From Haliotis cracherodii (taxonomy: Eukaryota): DNA of 64,000 bases. Under the pieces are notes generated by a model that ran no database searches, was not told where the DNA came from, and saw nothing but the letters and a program-made list of their open reading frames with translations. Positions 12,367 through 24,959 of the stretch are shown here, piece after piece. Position 1 is the first letter of the stretch. Each line of letters begins with the position of its first letter. The translations under genes were made by a program, and so were the position numbers. Where the stretch lies: the NCBI RefSeq assembly GCF_022045235.1, contig NW_027266265.1, forward strand, positions 15,190,001 to 15,254,000, in the 5' to 3' direction.

Positions 12367-12600
12367 AGTGAGTGAGTAGGGTTTAACGCCGCTTTGAACA
12401 ATATTCCAGTTATATCACAGCGTGTCAGCTTCATTTGGTGGGAAGCCGATGCAGGTGTCAGACGTTCACACACGCGTATGGTACAGACAAACAGAGAAAC
12501 ATGACCGGGGCGAACCGGGATTTGAACCCCCAATCAAGGGTTGTTGGCGTACTAAAGGGACGAGACTCTGAACAACGACGTCTGGACCACCCGTTCCCTC
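12367..12600 (-). mobile_element. SINE family D (tRNA-Leu-like head with long A-B box spacing)
   Basis: Head gggtggtccag...ggttcaaatccc, with the shared tail and (ACTC)n. Confidence 0.75.
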
Positions 12601-13082
12601 AGTTGGCGGAATAAGCCGAATGGATCGGTATGGGAACGTTTCGGACTAAGGGACGAAACTCCTGAGATACAGTGGTTTCCACTGGGACATTTTACCATTT
12701 TACTCGTGTTTCATAATCCTCTTGTTATCGATTTTCCTCAACATATAGAAGTGATTTGTAAAGTGAACATTTGGGTAAATTATATATGATGAATATCAAT
12801 GTTAATGTGTTGAAGATTGTCTGACAATGCCGGTTAACAAAGAGTAATACAAAACATATTCAGACACCACATGGTAAAACCCTATCTTCAGCATCATGGA
12901 CTATAGAATTGAAGAACAACCTGCTTTCTAGAAGAGAGTTACTTCCCTTTTATTGTCTGAATCTATTAAGCCACGTATATTATGAGGTGAAATTGGGTTT
13001 AACGTCGCGTCCAAGATTATTGCACTTATGAAGCTTATGTAGTCTTATTGTTTTGTCTGCTTCTGATGTATCCAATAAATGA

Positions 13083-13247
13083 GTGAGTGAGTGAGTATGG
13101 TTTTACGCCGCTTTTAGCAATATTCCAGCAATATCACGGCGGGGGACACCAGAAATGGGCTTCACACAGTGTACCCATGTCGGGATTCGAACCCGGGTCT
13201 TCGGCGTGACGAGCGAACGCTTTAACCACTAGGCTACCGGACCGCCC
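13083..13247 (-). mobile_element. SINE family A
   Basis: A and B boxes, (ACTC)n tail, TSD tccaataaatga. Confidence 0.92.
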
Positions 13248-13287
13248 TCCAATAAATGAAGCGACAAAACCCTCTCCTTAATAATAT

Positions 13288-13388
13288 CTCGATTCTCCAC
13301 ATGGGTACAATATGTGAAGCCCATTTCTGTTCTCCTCCACCGTGATATTGCTGAAGGCAAAAAAACATACTCACTCACTCACTCACTC
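13288..13388 (+). mobile_element. SINE family A, 5'-truncated
   Basis: Body and (ACTC)n tail match family A. Confidence 0.8.
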
Positions 13389-13399
13389 TTCTGAAAGCT

Positions 13400-13900
13400 G
13401 ACTATATCTCGGGTGGGTAAGTCAAGGAAAAGGAATTGGGTATTTCCCCGATGTACCCGACGATCAAATATACATTTCTTGGTGATACTGATTTTCCTAA
13501 TCCAAGCAGAATTCCAATTGGTTCCTATGGGCATGCCGACGTGTACCTCTTTCCTAAATGTACTGTCCTCAATCTGACGTAATGTATGAGAAAGTCCACT
13601 GCAGCTTTCACATATCAGATGACATTTGCTTTCATTTTTCACAAGTTGTCCTGAACGTTTCACGTTTAGTGGCAAAGGCCCGATGGATCAGGGATGATGT
13701 TTTTCCTTACGTTTGGTTTGTGATATAGTAGAGTACAAAATTTGCACAGGTCACAAAAGTAATTATTTAAGCAAATTATTATTTGACATTATCCACCTTA
13801 TCAACCTTTGGGAGATTTCTTCTTCCGTTCACACACTGGCCTCATGTGTGGCATTATGTCTCTTATACCAAGTTCATTAATCAAACACTTAACGTAGCGA
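13400..13900 (-). mobile_element. Highly degraded Penelope-like RT fragment
   Basis: VGMPIGTN motif in ORF 13675-13379. Confidence 0.45.
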
Positions 13901-14333
13901 TGCTTCCACATAATGTTTATGTGATTTGAGGCATTGTCAATTATATACAAACTACAAACATTTAAAGCATATCGGCTCGACTTCGGAGGTCGGCTGGTTG
14001 GGAAGAATTGGTTTGTTCCAATTGTTTTTCCTCTTTTTCAGTTTGTGTTAATGAATCCATGTTACCCAACAAAATAAATTTGGAGAATGAACATGCTACA
14101 TGCAAACAGAACGTCATTTTTTATTCGGACATACAGTATCCCAGCTATGTATATACCAGGACGGAAACATATCGTTCAATAGGTTATGGAGACAGACGAG
14201 TCAATAACGAAACTTCTGCCTTAATCCTTGAAGAGGAAACTGCATATGTGACATGGATACCCTTCATAATATACAAAGCAATTAGGCTTAATTTTGTTAT
14301 GCCTCAAACAGATCACATTAACTGGTGGGTAAA

Positions 14334-14475
14334 GTGAGTGAGTATGGTTTTACGCCGTTTTTAGCAATATCCAAGGCGGGGGGGGGGGGGGGGGGGGGTG
14401 GGTCACCGGGAAATGGCATCCCACATTGTATCCATGTGCGGAATCAAACGCGGGTCACGTGACGAGCCAACGCAC
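14334..14475 (-). mobile_element. SINE family A, degraded, with an expanded poly-G run
   Basis: Tail and body match family A. The short internal G-run has expanded to ~22 G. Confidence 0.7.
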
Positions 14476-15766
14476 GAGAGGCAAAAGAAACTATACCTCT
14501 CAGTTGGTTTTATCAAATGTTTGATTTTGAATTGAAAATATTTACGCAAGCGATATTATAACCAAACTTAGTCAGCACTCAAATAATACTTCTACATGGT
14601 TTTACTTTTTAAATGTGATTTGATTTAATACTTTTAGAAATTAGAATTAAATAAAGAGCATAACACCAAAATGCTGATGAGTATCTAAGAAAGTCAATAC
14701 ATTTTCTTTTTTCGGGACAAATATACATTTCAAACATCGTAGGGGTCATATGGCAGCAAATTCATTTATTACCCCAGCCTTTATTGAAACCAATTTATTT
14801 TTTACAAAAGTACCCAGCCACATATTAGCTTTCAGAAACTGTTGCAGGAATGAGGGATGGTTAAATAGGCATAATCAAGTTTACGAACAGTTCTTTCAAT
14901 TTCCCATTACATAAAAACAAACTGTGTATACTTACTTTCTATATAAACGTTAGAATTATTGTCTCCTGTTCTATGGGGAAACCAGGAGCCAACCAACTAA
15001 TACCAGTTAAGGATTAGTACCATACCACTTAACACCTCGCTGGTTCTATGAAATCAGTGAAAGGTGTTAGGTCTTAATAACGACAACCTGCTCTGCCGTT
15101 CTAAGCTATAGTCACATACACATGTACCGGTTGGTACTGAGAAAGAAGACACAGACACGTGCTTAATATAGAAAGTCCTCGGCAATGAAACATTCGCTTA
15201 TTACGAAACTCGTATACAGAACACCTACACAACTCTACCACTTCGCTCTACATACAAACACGAGACCATAAGTCTCGTTGGTACGCGTTTGTTTGTATCA
15301 CATGTCCCTGTTTGACGCAGTAATTGGAAGAATCCACATTAAACTTCATCAACATCACCAGAAGCTTGATCTGACATTTATGCGCCGTGTCCATTTTCTT
15401 GTTGATGGAGATTCGTGCAACATCTCTCGTGAAACTCATCTTCTATGTTTCTCAGTTTCCTTATTTGCTGCATGTACAGCTGTTCTGAAATAGAAACCTA
15501 ATTGGATCATACGCGTACGATAGCCTCAAGGGAAACTTATGTCGTGCGTGAGATATGTACAATAATATGTTATGACAGCTATATTAGGCTGGCTGCTCCC
15601 GTGTTAGATATGTAGTATATATAGAAATATTATATGTATTAAATATAGAAATATGGTAGCTATATATATATATAATATGCAGCAATAAATATATTCATTG
15701 GGCGTCACACAATGCATAGAATATATGAACATATTTTCACACTGTATAACAAATGTGTGACAAAGT

Positions 15767-16038
15767 TGTTCTTTGTTGTTTTTTGTTAAAAAAATGTTTA
15801 AAACACTCAGCAATGTTCCAGTTATATGACGGCGGTCTGTATAAACAGTCGAGTCTGGGCCAGACAATCCAGTGATTGATATCATGAACATCGCAATTGA
15901 GATGCTATGTCATGCATCAACCAAGTCAGCGAGCCTGACCACCAAGTCCCGTTAGTCGCCTCTTACGACAAGCATAGACGCCTTTTACGGCATGCATTGG
16001 TTGCTGAAGACCTATTCTATCCCGGATCGTCACGGGTC
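15767..16038 (-). mobile_element. Family B retroposon, full length (non-tRNA head)
   Basis: TSD gtgtgacaaagt (15755-66, 16039-50). The 5' end begins GACCCGTG. Confidence 0.9.
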
Positions 16039-16534
16039 GTGTGACAAAGTACTGCCGTTTACGTTTACAACATATTGCAAATTACAGCACATCCGTGTAT
16101 CGTATGCAACCATATTATATTAAGTACAAGCATATCTTATCGCAACACTCCAGCGACTTAACACGCATCTAACGACAAGAGCTTGTAAGGTTACGTCGTG
16201 AAAGTAAGATAACAAGTTTTTGTGTTTTTACAAAGGAGGGAAACTTGTGGATGACGTGAAGAGAGACAGCGAGATGAGAGATAGACAACAGAGACTCCAG
16301 CGAGAATTACAGCACACAGTAAAGATGGGAGGGATAGCCAGAAAAGCAGAACGTCACCACCACGATGTGGATGAAAGTAAATATGAGAACAGAACGTTTG
16401 TTTTTCTAATTTAATTGAACAGAGCTTTACAAATTTCTTAAACTCACTTGACATGACAAAAACGTATTGGATGTAAGTAAGATTTAATCTAATCGTGTGT
16501 TTATGTTCAACCTTAGTCCTGCGCACTGGCACCA

Positions 16535-16536
<2 letters not shown>

Positions 16537-16575
<39 letters not shown>
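16537..16575. repeat. (TA)n microsatellite
   Basis: Direct observation. Confidence 0.95.
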
Positions 16576-16579
<4 letters not shown>

Positions 16580-17036
16580 CATCATAATGCCAACACATTT
16601 TGTAAATGAACGACTTGTGGCTGAAGCGATACTATGAGACAGGTATCTATGTCCATTTATCATTTTATAATACTAAGAAAGAAGATGAATTTGTAAACAC
16701 CCATGGTTTGTACTGTAGGCCTTTTGGCTCATGGGTATCAGGAATAAAGATTGATTGACCTCTAATCGTATGTGAATAGGGGTATCAACATTTCTTGATT
16801 CCACACTGATCAATGTATCATATTTCATGCAAATGATACCCTATTAACTCGGACGGTTCGTTTCCCAAGTAAATCGTCCTTATTAATGATTATCCTAAAT
16901 AAAATCACGGGTGTAGGGAGTACATTCCTCGGAGTATATGTAGAAGTCCAACGAGGAGTGGTCGCTTAAGCCCAGCCTACATGTTGGTTGCTGAGGATCT
17001 ATTCTAACTCGGATTCCCTACGTGGCTTATACGAAA

Positions 17037-17361
17037 GGTGAGGTGAGGTGAAACTGGGTTTAACGTCGCGTCCAAGATTATTGCACTTATATAGCGACAT
17101 GCATGCACATGTGTGTGTGTGTGTGGCTGCTTCTACTAGTCCGGACTGATGCCGATTTATAGTGCTAGCTCACTGAGATACCACGTCGCAGTTTAACATG
17201 AATACCCCACTCAGACACGGTATACTGACTCCTTGTTTTAGCCCCTTCATGCCGAGCGACAAACAGGGTAACAACAAGTACCATCTTTTAACGTCTTTTG
17301 GTATGACGCGGCCGGGGATCGAACCCCGGACCCCGCTCTACCACTAGACCACGGAGGCGGT
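17037..17361 (-). mobile_element. SINE family C (tRNA head; body resembles molluscan Meta/V-domain SINEs)
   Basis: A and B boxes, gtcataccaaaagacgttaaaagatggtac core, (ACCTC)n tail. Confidence 0.88.
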
Positions 17362-18077
17362 TCATGACGAAATGTTCATTGAAATGTTATAACAAAGATT
17401 CACAGAAGTAATACGTTCATCCTGATTGCAGATTCTACACAAGATGTAACAACATTGTTTGCCGATCCCTTTAGCTCATCTTGTATGTCTCATTGGGCTA
17501 TCATTTCTTTTCAAAAATAATTCTTCTGAGTGTCTGGTTTCAATTCAATAATACCATACAATAAATGTGTCGGGTTTAGTTGGTTAAAAGGGTGCTATGT
17601 ATTTACGTATGAAAATTGTGGGGTCGTGTATGGTCTCCCAGCGATCATCACCAAAAATTCGTTTATGTATTTATAGATCCTTTGAGTAGGTTAGTTGCGC
17701 AAGCAAATCACACTGCGACAAAAACACATTTGCATATAAAATGTATTCTGATTGATAGGAAAAGTTCACTGCAAAGTTTATCTATTTTAGTCATTGTCTG
17801 CGTCGTTCATACATCGATGACGTACGCTGATACAGAACACCTGTACTCACGCACGCCATAGAGAGGGTGTAATAAGTGTCGATGTCTTCAGGTATTCGTT
17901 ATTCCTTGCCTCCTACAACACTCAGTTAAAGTTAAGAGATTATAACCAATATTTTGAACAGAGCAACCACTCTGTACGGAAGTAACCGCTATAGTGTGTT
18001 TCTACACATTCTATGGCTATATATAATTAATATCCATGAAAGTTTCATTCTACATGTAACGGTTCCAAATGCTGGAT

Positions 18078-18344
18078 TTGGTTGGTTGGTTTGTTGTTTA
18101 ACGCCGCACTCAGCAATATTCAAGCTATATGACGGCGGTCTGTAAATAATCGAATCTGGACCAGACAATCCAGTGATTGATATCATGAGCATCGATCCAC
18201 GCAATTGGAATCGATGACCTGCATCAACCAAGTCAGCGAGCCTGACCACCCGGTCCCGTTAGTCGCCTTTTACAACAAGCATAGTCGCCTTTTACGGCAA
18301 GCATGGGTTGCTAAAGACCTATTCTACCCAGGATCTTCACGGGT
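18078..18344 (-). mobile_element. Family B retroposon
   Basis: Near full length. Confidence 0.9.
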
Positions 18345-18664
18345 GCAATAGTGTAGGAGTGAGGCTATGAGATGATACAGCTGTAGGACCTATACCACTC
18401 TGGTGAAACCCAATAACATGGTGCTGAGAAACCAAGGAGCATTATCAGTTCGAATTCAGGAATCATACCAATGATCACAGGATCCTGGCACGCCTAAGGT
18501 ACACAATTGTGCACAGTGAATCGCGATACCTTAGAAGACCATGCGGTAACCATGCTGATGAGTCTCTTTTTCAATTCATATCAAAATATTTCACATTTTT
18601 GGTCAATATAACAGGCATAGATTAAATCTGATGATCGTGAATTGCGTGGATAGTAACTTTCTTT

Positions 18665-18860
18665 TTGATGTCTAACGCTTCACCTAGCTGTACTCAACGT
18701 ATTGTGACGGCGGCCTTTCAAATCCAGTCTGCATTCGAACCATCATTGATACGCTGCACGCTATCTGCCCGGACACTGCGCCTGACCACCGGTTCCATGT
18801 TTCGCTCTTACGATGGCGACAAGCTTAGGCTGCTGGTGATCTATTCAAACCAGGGTACAT
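18665..18860 (-). mobile_element. Family B retroposon, old and degraded
   Basis: tgacggcgg, cctgaccacc, ctcttacga and gatctattc motifs in family order. Confidence 0.5.
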
Positions 18861-19956
18861 TGTGAGTGGCGAAGATAGGGATGAACATTCACTGCATGTA
18901 TTATATTGTTGAGCTATTCTTGTTTAATTCTGAACTGTGTGAACTTATAATGAGTATACTATTATAGGAGACAACAGACGCAAGATACAAGTTATATATA
19001 CATATATTTTACGTCTCATTCAATCTTCATAGCGCCGTATGTCCATCTGGTCGATATATAGATTAATGAATTCGCCTTCAGTGCATATTGGTCAATCTTG
19101 AGTGACGCATATCGATTTCCAATTTTTGTGAAAAACACATATTGGTCCCATTGACTTCTTCGTTTCATCATTGATTCGAGTCCTGGTTGGTGCTGCTTCG
19201 TCTAATAAGACTTCGTTTTAAAGACAAATGGATAATACTTCAGGAGATAAAATGATGAGTTTTTTTCAGATTTGCGGGTATTGAATATTCGATGATCGGA
19301 AGTTTCACTTGGATCCGAGGGCGTTGGATCGAAGTTTCAAATGTTATGATTTCATACTTAAACAGATAGAGAATCTCACCCGAGTGTCTTTTGATATCAA
19401 ATATATCAACGAGGGTGAGAATTTATTTATCATCCAACATCATTCTTCCAATTTTTTTAGTTTGTAGACAGAAATAAGCAGTGTCTTAAGTGGACAAAAT
19501 ACTGCTAACAGCTAACACTCGATTATAGCCCACGCTCCAGTACATTTTACAAAGATGATTTTGCACCCTTTTTATCGAGGCAAAATCTGCCTTTAGGTCT
19601 TTCAGTCTATCGCATCAGCTTACAATGCAAGTAGGGACATGAAAGGCGAGTGTGCATTAATAAACACGTCCAGAATCAAATGGACAAAAGTGAGCGGGCT
19701 CGACTGTAAAACGTCGTATTCTTGAATATGATACATTTGATCATTTTCAGCAAAAACGAAGTTAAGAAACGGTGGCGGCGGAAAGTAGTTGAATGTGCGA
19801 TTGCATTCTGCGTCGACAAGAATGAATTCATAGTTTCTAGTTACACACACTGAAATAAATGCTAAAGGAAAACACTGTTGTCACCTAAGGCAATTTACGT
19901 TGTTCGAAACGTGCCTTTACACATCCTGCAGGAAATGGGTACCCGGTAGGATGATA

Positions 19957-20116
19957 GTGAGTGAGTATGGTTTTACGCCGCTTTTAGCAATATTCCAGCA
20001 ATATCACGGCGGGGGACACCAGAAATGGGCTTCACACATTGTACCCATGTAGGGAATCGAACCCGGGCCTTCGGCGTGACGAGCGAACGCTTTAACCACT
20101 TGGCTACCCGACCGCC
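19957..20116 (-). mobile_element. SINE family A
   Basis: TSD cccggtaggatgata. Confidence 0.92.
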
Positions 20117-20900
20117 CCCGGTAGGATGATATGTTGAGGTGAATGCTAAACCTAACATCTATAACATGCCCCTGTATACTCCTCAGGGAGATGCTTCAGA
20201 AAGAAATTCGAAAAGCAAACAAATGCACAGATATATATCATTGTAACGAAAGCAGTTTGATTAGTGTCTTGAGAGTCACCCAACATCATGTAACAGAAAT
20301 TATACTTAAGGGGGCTTGGCTCCAACGAATAGACTGTCGTAGCAAACTACATTAAAGTCATAAAAGCTATGCTACGTGACTGTAAACACAAGTTCATGAT
20401 GTTTGCCCACATTACAAAGCGACAATGTCACATGTACAACGTCTAGGCCTTCATATAGACGCTGGACAGTGGAGCTCAGTCCCCCTTTAACGCTTCATAA
20501 CTGAATGAAATCGATCTCTTTCAGATCATATATCTGTCTGTCTCCCTCAGACAAATTACCTGTATCGTTTATGGATGCATGGTGAAATGTCACACAACCA
20601 ACTTAAGGATCAATGGTAAATGTTATTCGTGTTATTCACCAATCAATAGCAAACGATTGTCACAAGCCGGCGTAATAACACAACCCAAGTATGTTTGTTT
20701 GTTTATTTGTTGGTAAACGCCGCACTCAGCAATTTTCCAGCTAAATGACGACGGTCTGTAAATAATCGAGTCTCGAGCAGACAATCCAGTAATTGACATT
20801 AAGAGCATCGATTCAGGCAATTGAGAATCGATGATATGCTTTATTTTTTTGTTTTTGTTTGTTGCTTGACGCCGCACTCAGCAATATTCAAGCAATATGA

Positions 20901-21438
20901 GGTGAGGTGAAATTGGGTTTAACGTCGCGTCCAAGATTATTGCACTTATATAGCGACGTGCATGCACATGTGTGTGTGTGTTTGTTGCTGCTTGTACTAG
21001 TCCGGACTGATGCCGATTTAAAGTGCTAGCTCACTGAGATACCATGCCGCAGTTTAACATGAATACCCCACTCAGACACATACTGACTCCGAGCCGACCA
21101 GTCCTTGTTTTAGCCCCTTAATGCCGAGCGCCAGACAGGGTAACAACAAGTACCATCGTTTAACGTCTTTTGGTATGAGTGAGTGAGTGAGTGAGTGAAT
21201 ATGGTTTTACGCCGCTTTTAGCAATATTCCAGCAATATCACGGCGGGGGACACAACAAATGGGCTTCACACGTTGTACCCATGTCGGGAATCGAACCCGG
21301 GTCTTCGGCGTGACGAGCAAACGCTTTGACCACTAGGCTACCCGACCGCCCCTCTTTTGGTATGACGCGGGCCGGGGATCGAACCCCGGACCTTCCGCTC
21401 TCCAGACGGACGCTCTACCAATAGACCGCGGAGGCGGC
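20901..21438 (-). mobile_element. SINE family C nested in family B and containing family A
   Basis: TSD ttcaagcaatatga (20887-20900, 21439-21452). Confidence 0.92.
21179..21352 (-). mobile_element. SINE family A nested in family C
   Basis: TSD tcttttggtatga. Confidence 0.92.
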
Positions 21439-21845
21439 TTCAAGCAATATGACGGCGGTCGGGAAAATAATCGAGTCTTGGCCAGACAATCCAGTGATTG
21501 ACATCATGAACATCGATCCACACAATTGGTTGGTTGTTTGGTTGGTTTGTTGTTTAACGCCGCACTCAGCAATATTCCAACTATATGACGGCAGTCTGTA
21601 AATAATCGAGTCTGGACCAGACAATCCAGTGATTAATATCATGAGCATCGATCCACGCAGTTGGGATCGATGACATTCATCAACCAAGTCAGCGAGCCTG
21701 ACCACCCGATCCCGTTAGTGGCCTGTTACGACAAGCATTGTCGCTTTCTACGGCTAGCATGGGTTGCTGAAGACCTATTCTTCCCCGGATCTTCACTGGT
21801 CTGTAACAAACGTATACACGTCGCTACATGCTGGTAACCATTCAG

Positions 21846-22050
21846 CCCGTGAAGATCCGGGGTAGAATAGATCTTCAAGAACCCATGCTTGCCGTAAAAG
21901 GCCACTATGCCTGTCGTAAGAAGTGACTTGGTTGGTCATCGTATCCCAATTGCGTGGATCGATGCTCATGATGTCAATCACTGGATTGTCTGGCCCAGAC
22001 TCGATTATTTACAGACCGTCGTCATACAGCTGGAATATTGCTGAGTGCGA
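21846..22050 (+). mobile_element. Family B retroposon, internally deleted
   Basis: Head cccgtgaagatccggggtagaatagatcttca, plus body and tail. Confidence 0.85.
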
Positions 22051-23999
22051 TAACTACACACGGCTATTCAACAAACAACACGCATGTACTAAACTCGGAA
22101 GAACTTAAATATACACACAGTTATTCAACGTCCATTGAGCAAGTACTACTCGAATAACCAACGTCAATATCAAAAGTACGTGTACATAAGGTATGATGGT
22201 GGTTGTATTGGAAACAACGACGACTGACAAAACACGGCCAACTCAAGACTTTGTGTGAAACATGTAAGATTGTAATAGCTTCATTCACGATTAATATGCA
22301 CTTAAACACAGATATTCCTATATCCATATACCATTCAATTACCACGCATATATGCATGTAAATACACAGATAATATACACATGGTCTAATGTTCAATCTA
22401 CAAGATTTGGTTGGTTGGTTGGTTGGTTGACCCTCGTCATAAAGTTGGAATATTGCTGAGTGCGGCGTTAAACAAACACACTTCTGGTCGTCAGCTATAT
22501 GCAATAATTAACCAGAAGGTGTTATCCATAAAGTTGTACGTTTTCTTACTTACTCACCAACTCCTCGAATGCCAAACAGTTAAAGAGAAAAACGTTATAC
22601 TTGCTCTGTTGAATTCAGGACTTTCTTCAATCACAATGCCTCTCAATTCAGAGTTCTTGTGTTTTATCATACCGAACGCATTGCTACATGTTATATAAAT
22701 ATGTTTCTAAAAAATCACTTTGACAGAAACCGAAAAACGGTCTAAAAACTCAAAGTTCATTAAGTAAATATAAAATGTCAATGCAAGAGAATAGCCAGTC
22801 TAGATTATCCGCCGAAACAGATTCCATTTTGCGTAAAGGACCTAATAGCTGTGAAAATGATATGAATAATAACGAATCGACGTGAACATTCAAAAGCACT
22901 GGGCCACTCTCCAAATAGAGCTTTGTACTTTCTTTGACGAAACCCTTGATCATGTGACAGACATGAGCCTTTGGCATAACTGAATATTGTTATCAGACGG
23001 TATTTTAGTTTTTTATGCTGTGTGTTCTGCAGGTCATATTGAAATCAGCTACAGCAGTCATAAACCATGGCTCCTATAGCACTTAACTCTGAAACACTTC
23101 CCGTTATCGGAACGGTTTATGGTAGTGTTTACCCCGTTTCCCATATTCCTCAGCTAGAGACCAACACTAAAGTATCAATTATTCCCCTCTGCGGTGGGTT
23201 TACACAGATTTACCGAAAACAAATAATTTAAAACAAATAATTCAAAGGGTAAGCCTGCAGTCCGACAGTCGGTATTGTTTACGTTTCCCATTTCTTCAGT
23301 TTGGCAGCTTCGAGCCAGCAGCGGCTGGAGTAAACCAATTTCATCCGCAAAATCGAAATCGATTGCCGAAAGAAGCGTCTCCTCTAAACGGCCTTTGACC
23401 TTAGCGATGGGCTACAATCACTTTCCGTATCTTAACCCTTCGTGTGGCTGAAGAAATCTATGATTTTATAGGTTACAGATATAGCGGTGAAAGAGTTCAT
23501 GTTACAGTTGGTTACAAGTCGTAATTTCTGTCTATTGGTTACTCGAAGGCACATCGTTGCTTCATTTGAGCGCTTTGATGACGGTCTTCTCGATGGTAAA
23601 ATGCGCCGCATTCAAAGCTATGTTTTCAAGAAGAAGTCTAAATATAGAAAGGACAGGGCGAGAAAACTTCTAATAGAGACTGGTTTATTATGATCGATAT
23701 TTCGGTCGTTGTGCCCTGAAATGACTTGATTTAGACGATGTCGTTTAGGATGTTTACCACTGCTCTTCGTATTTTTACGACCACGTGCCTTCAGCTATTC
23801 ATTTTCCTTTCGACCAAATCACTTTAAGCTCATTCGGGGAGAACTTCAGAGGATAATGAACTTCGTCATCTGCAAATGTACTGCACTAATAACAAGAAGC
23901 TATTTATGTGTATCATTATTGCAGGAATTGTCATTCCTTATTCCGCATATGGTTTAGTTTGCTATCTATTCTCATATATTTGATATTTTTTTACTTTTG

Positions 24000-24368
24000 T
24001 TTGTTTGTTTGTTGTTTAACACCGCACACAGCAATATTCCAGCTATATGACGGCGGTCTTTAAATAGTCGAGTCTGGAACAGACAATCCGGTGATCGATA
24101 TCATGAGTATCGATTCACGCAATTGAGAATCGATGACATGCTTTGTTTATTTATTTGGTGTTTAACGCCGAACTCAGCAACATTCTTGCTTATATGACGG
24201 CGGTGTGTAAATAATCGAGTCTGGACAAGACAATCCAGTGATTGATATCATGAGCATCGATCCACGCAATTGAGATCGATGACATGCATCAACCAAGCGA
24301 GCCTGACCACCCGATCCCGTTAGTCGCCTCTTACGACAAGCTTATTCTACCCAGGATCGTCACAGGTC
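24000..24368 (-). mobile_element. Two tandem family B copies
   Basis: Tails at ~24000 and ~24145. Confidence 0.85.
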
Positions 24369-24529
24369 TTTGAGTTGTGGAGTTGGGTTGTGGATGTGCT
24401 TAGTAATAATCGATTGCAATGATGTCTGTCACCACTATGCCATTGTCCGTGAGTTAAATAAGGGTATGGCCTGCGTCACTCACGTGTTCTCAGTCGTGAG
24501 TAGGTCTGATTTAATCTGTATTTTGAACA

Positions 24530-24672
24530 TGATTTGTTGACGTATCAGTGGCAAAAACATTGTGTCCGATGCAATTTCCTATTTTGACTTGTATCATATG
24601 TTTCTTTAGGTGAACATTTGGCTTGCCTGTGCATGTTCTTGTGGAGCGTACCACTGGTGGGGCAGGATCACT
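24530..24672 (+). mobile_element. Penelope-like element, extra 3'-end copy (pLTR-like) upstream of the 24960 copy
   Basis: Matches 25780-25915 (gacgcatcagtgacaaaa...gatgcaatttcct...ttaggtgaaca...ccaccggtgg.gcaggat). Confidence 0.7.
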
Positions 24673-24959
24673 ATACAAGAACTGTCTATTTAATCATCAC
24701 TCATTCCTGAAACAGTTAGTAAAAAAGTAATCTGGAGCCGGGTAATCTTGTGTCGAAATGGATTGGTTCAATGAAGACTGGGGAAAGAAATTATTTTGCA
24801 ACCACATGACCCAAACCATGAAATGTTGTAAATTGGTGCCGAAGAAAAATAGAAACTGATTGATTTTCAAACATAAGATGTCTAAGATACCTATCGGCAG
24901 TGGTGTATTATGCGAATTTTTTTTTGAATTTTTAAAAGTTTAAAAATAAAGTTGTATTC

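Larger units (their letters stand above)
20690..21800 (-). mobile_element. Cluster of tandem family B copies (20690-20840; 20850-20900 plus 21439-21530; 21530-21800) hosting nested C and A elements
   Basis: Three family B tails in series, with TSD-defined insertions. Confidence 0.85.

Noticed and set aside
13160-13247. tRNA genes (Asp-like and other heads of families A, C, D and the 7310-7404 sequence)
   Set aside because: Imperfect acceptor stems and fusion to repeat bodies (with tails and TSDs in A, C and D) indicate tRNA-derived repeats rather than tRNA genes.
11048-22108. Recurrent ORFs of the type MVRLADLVD...ITGLSGPDSIIYRPPSYSWNIAECGVKQQ
   Set aside because: Translations of family B repeats, with variable frames and stops between copies.
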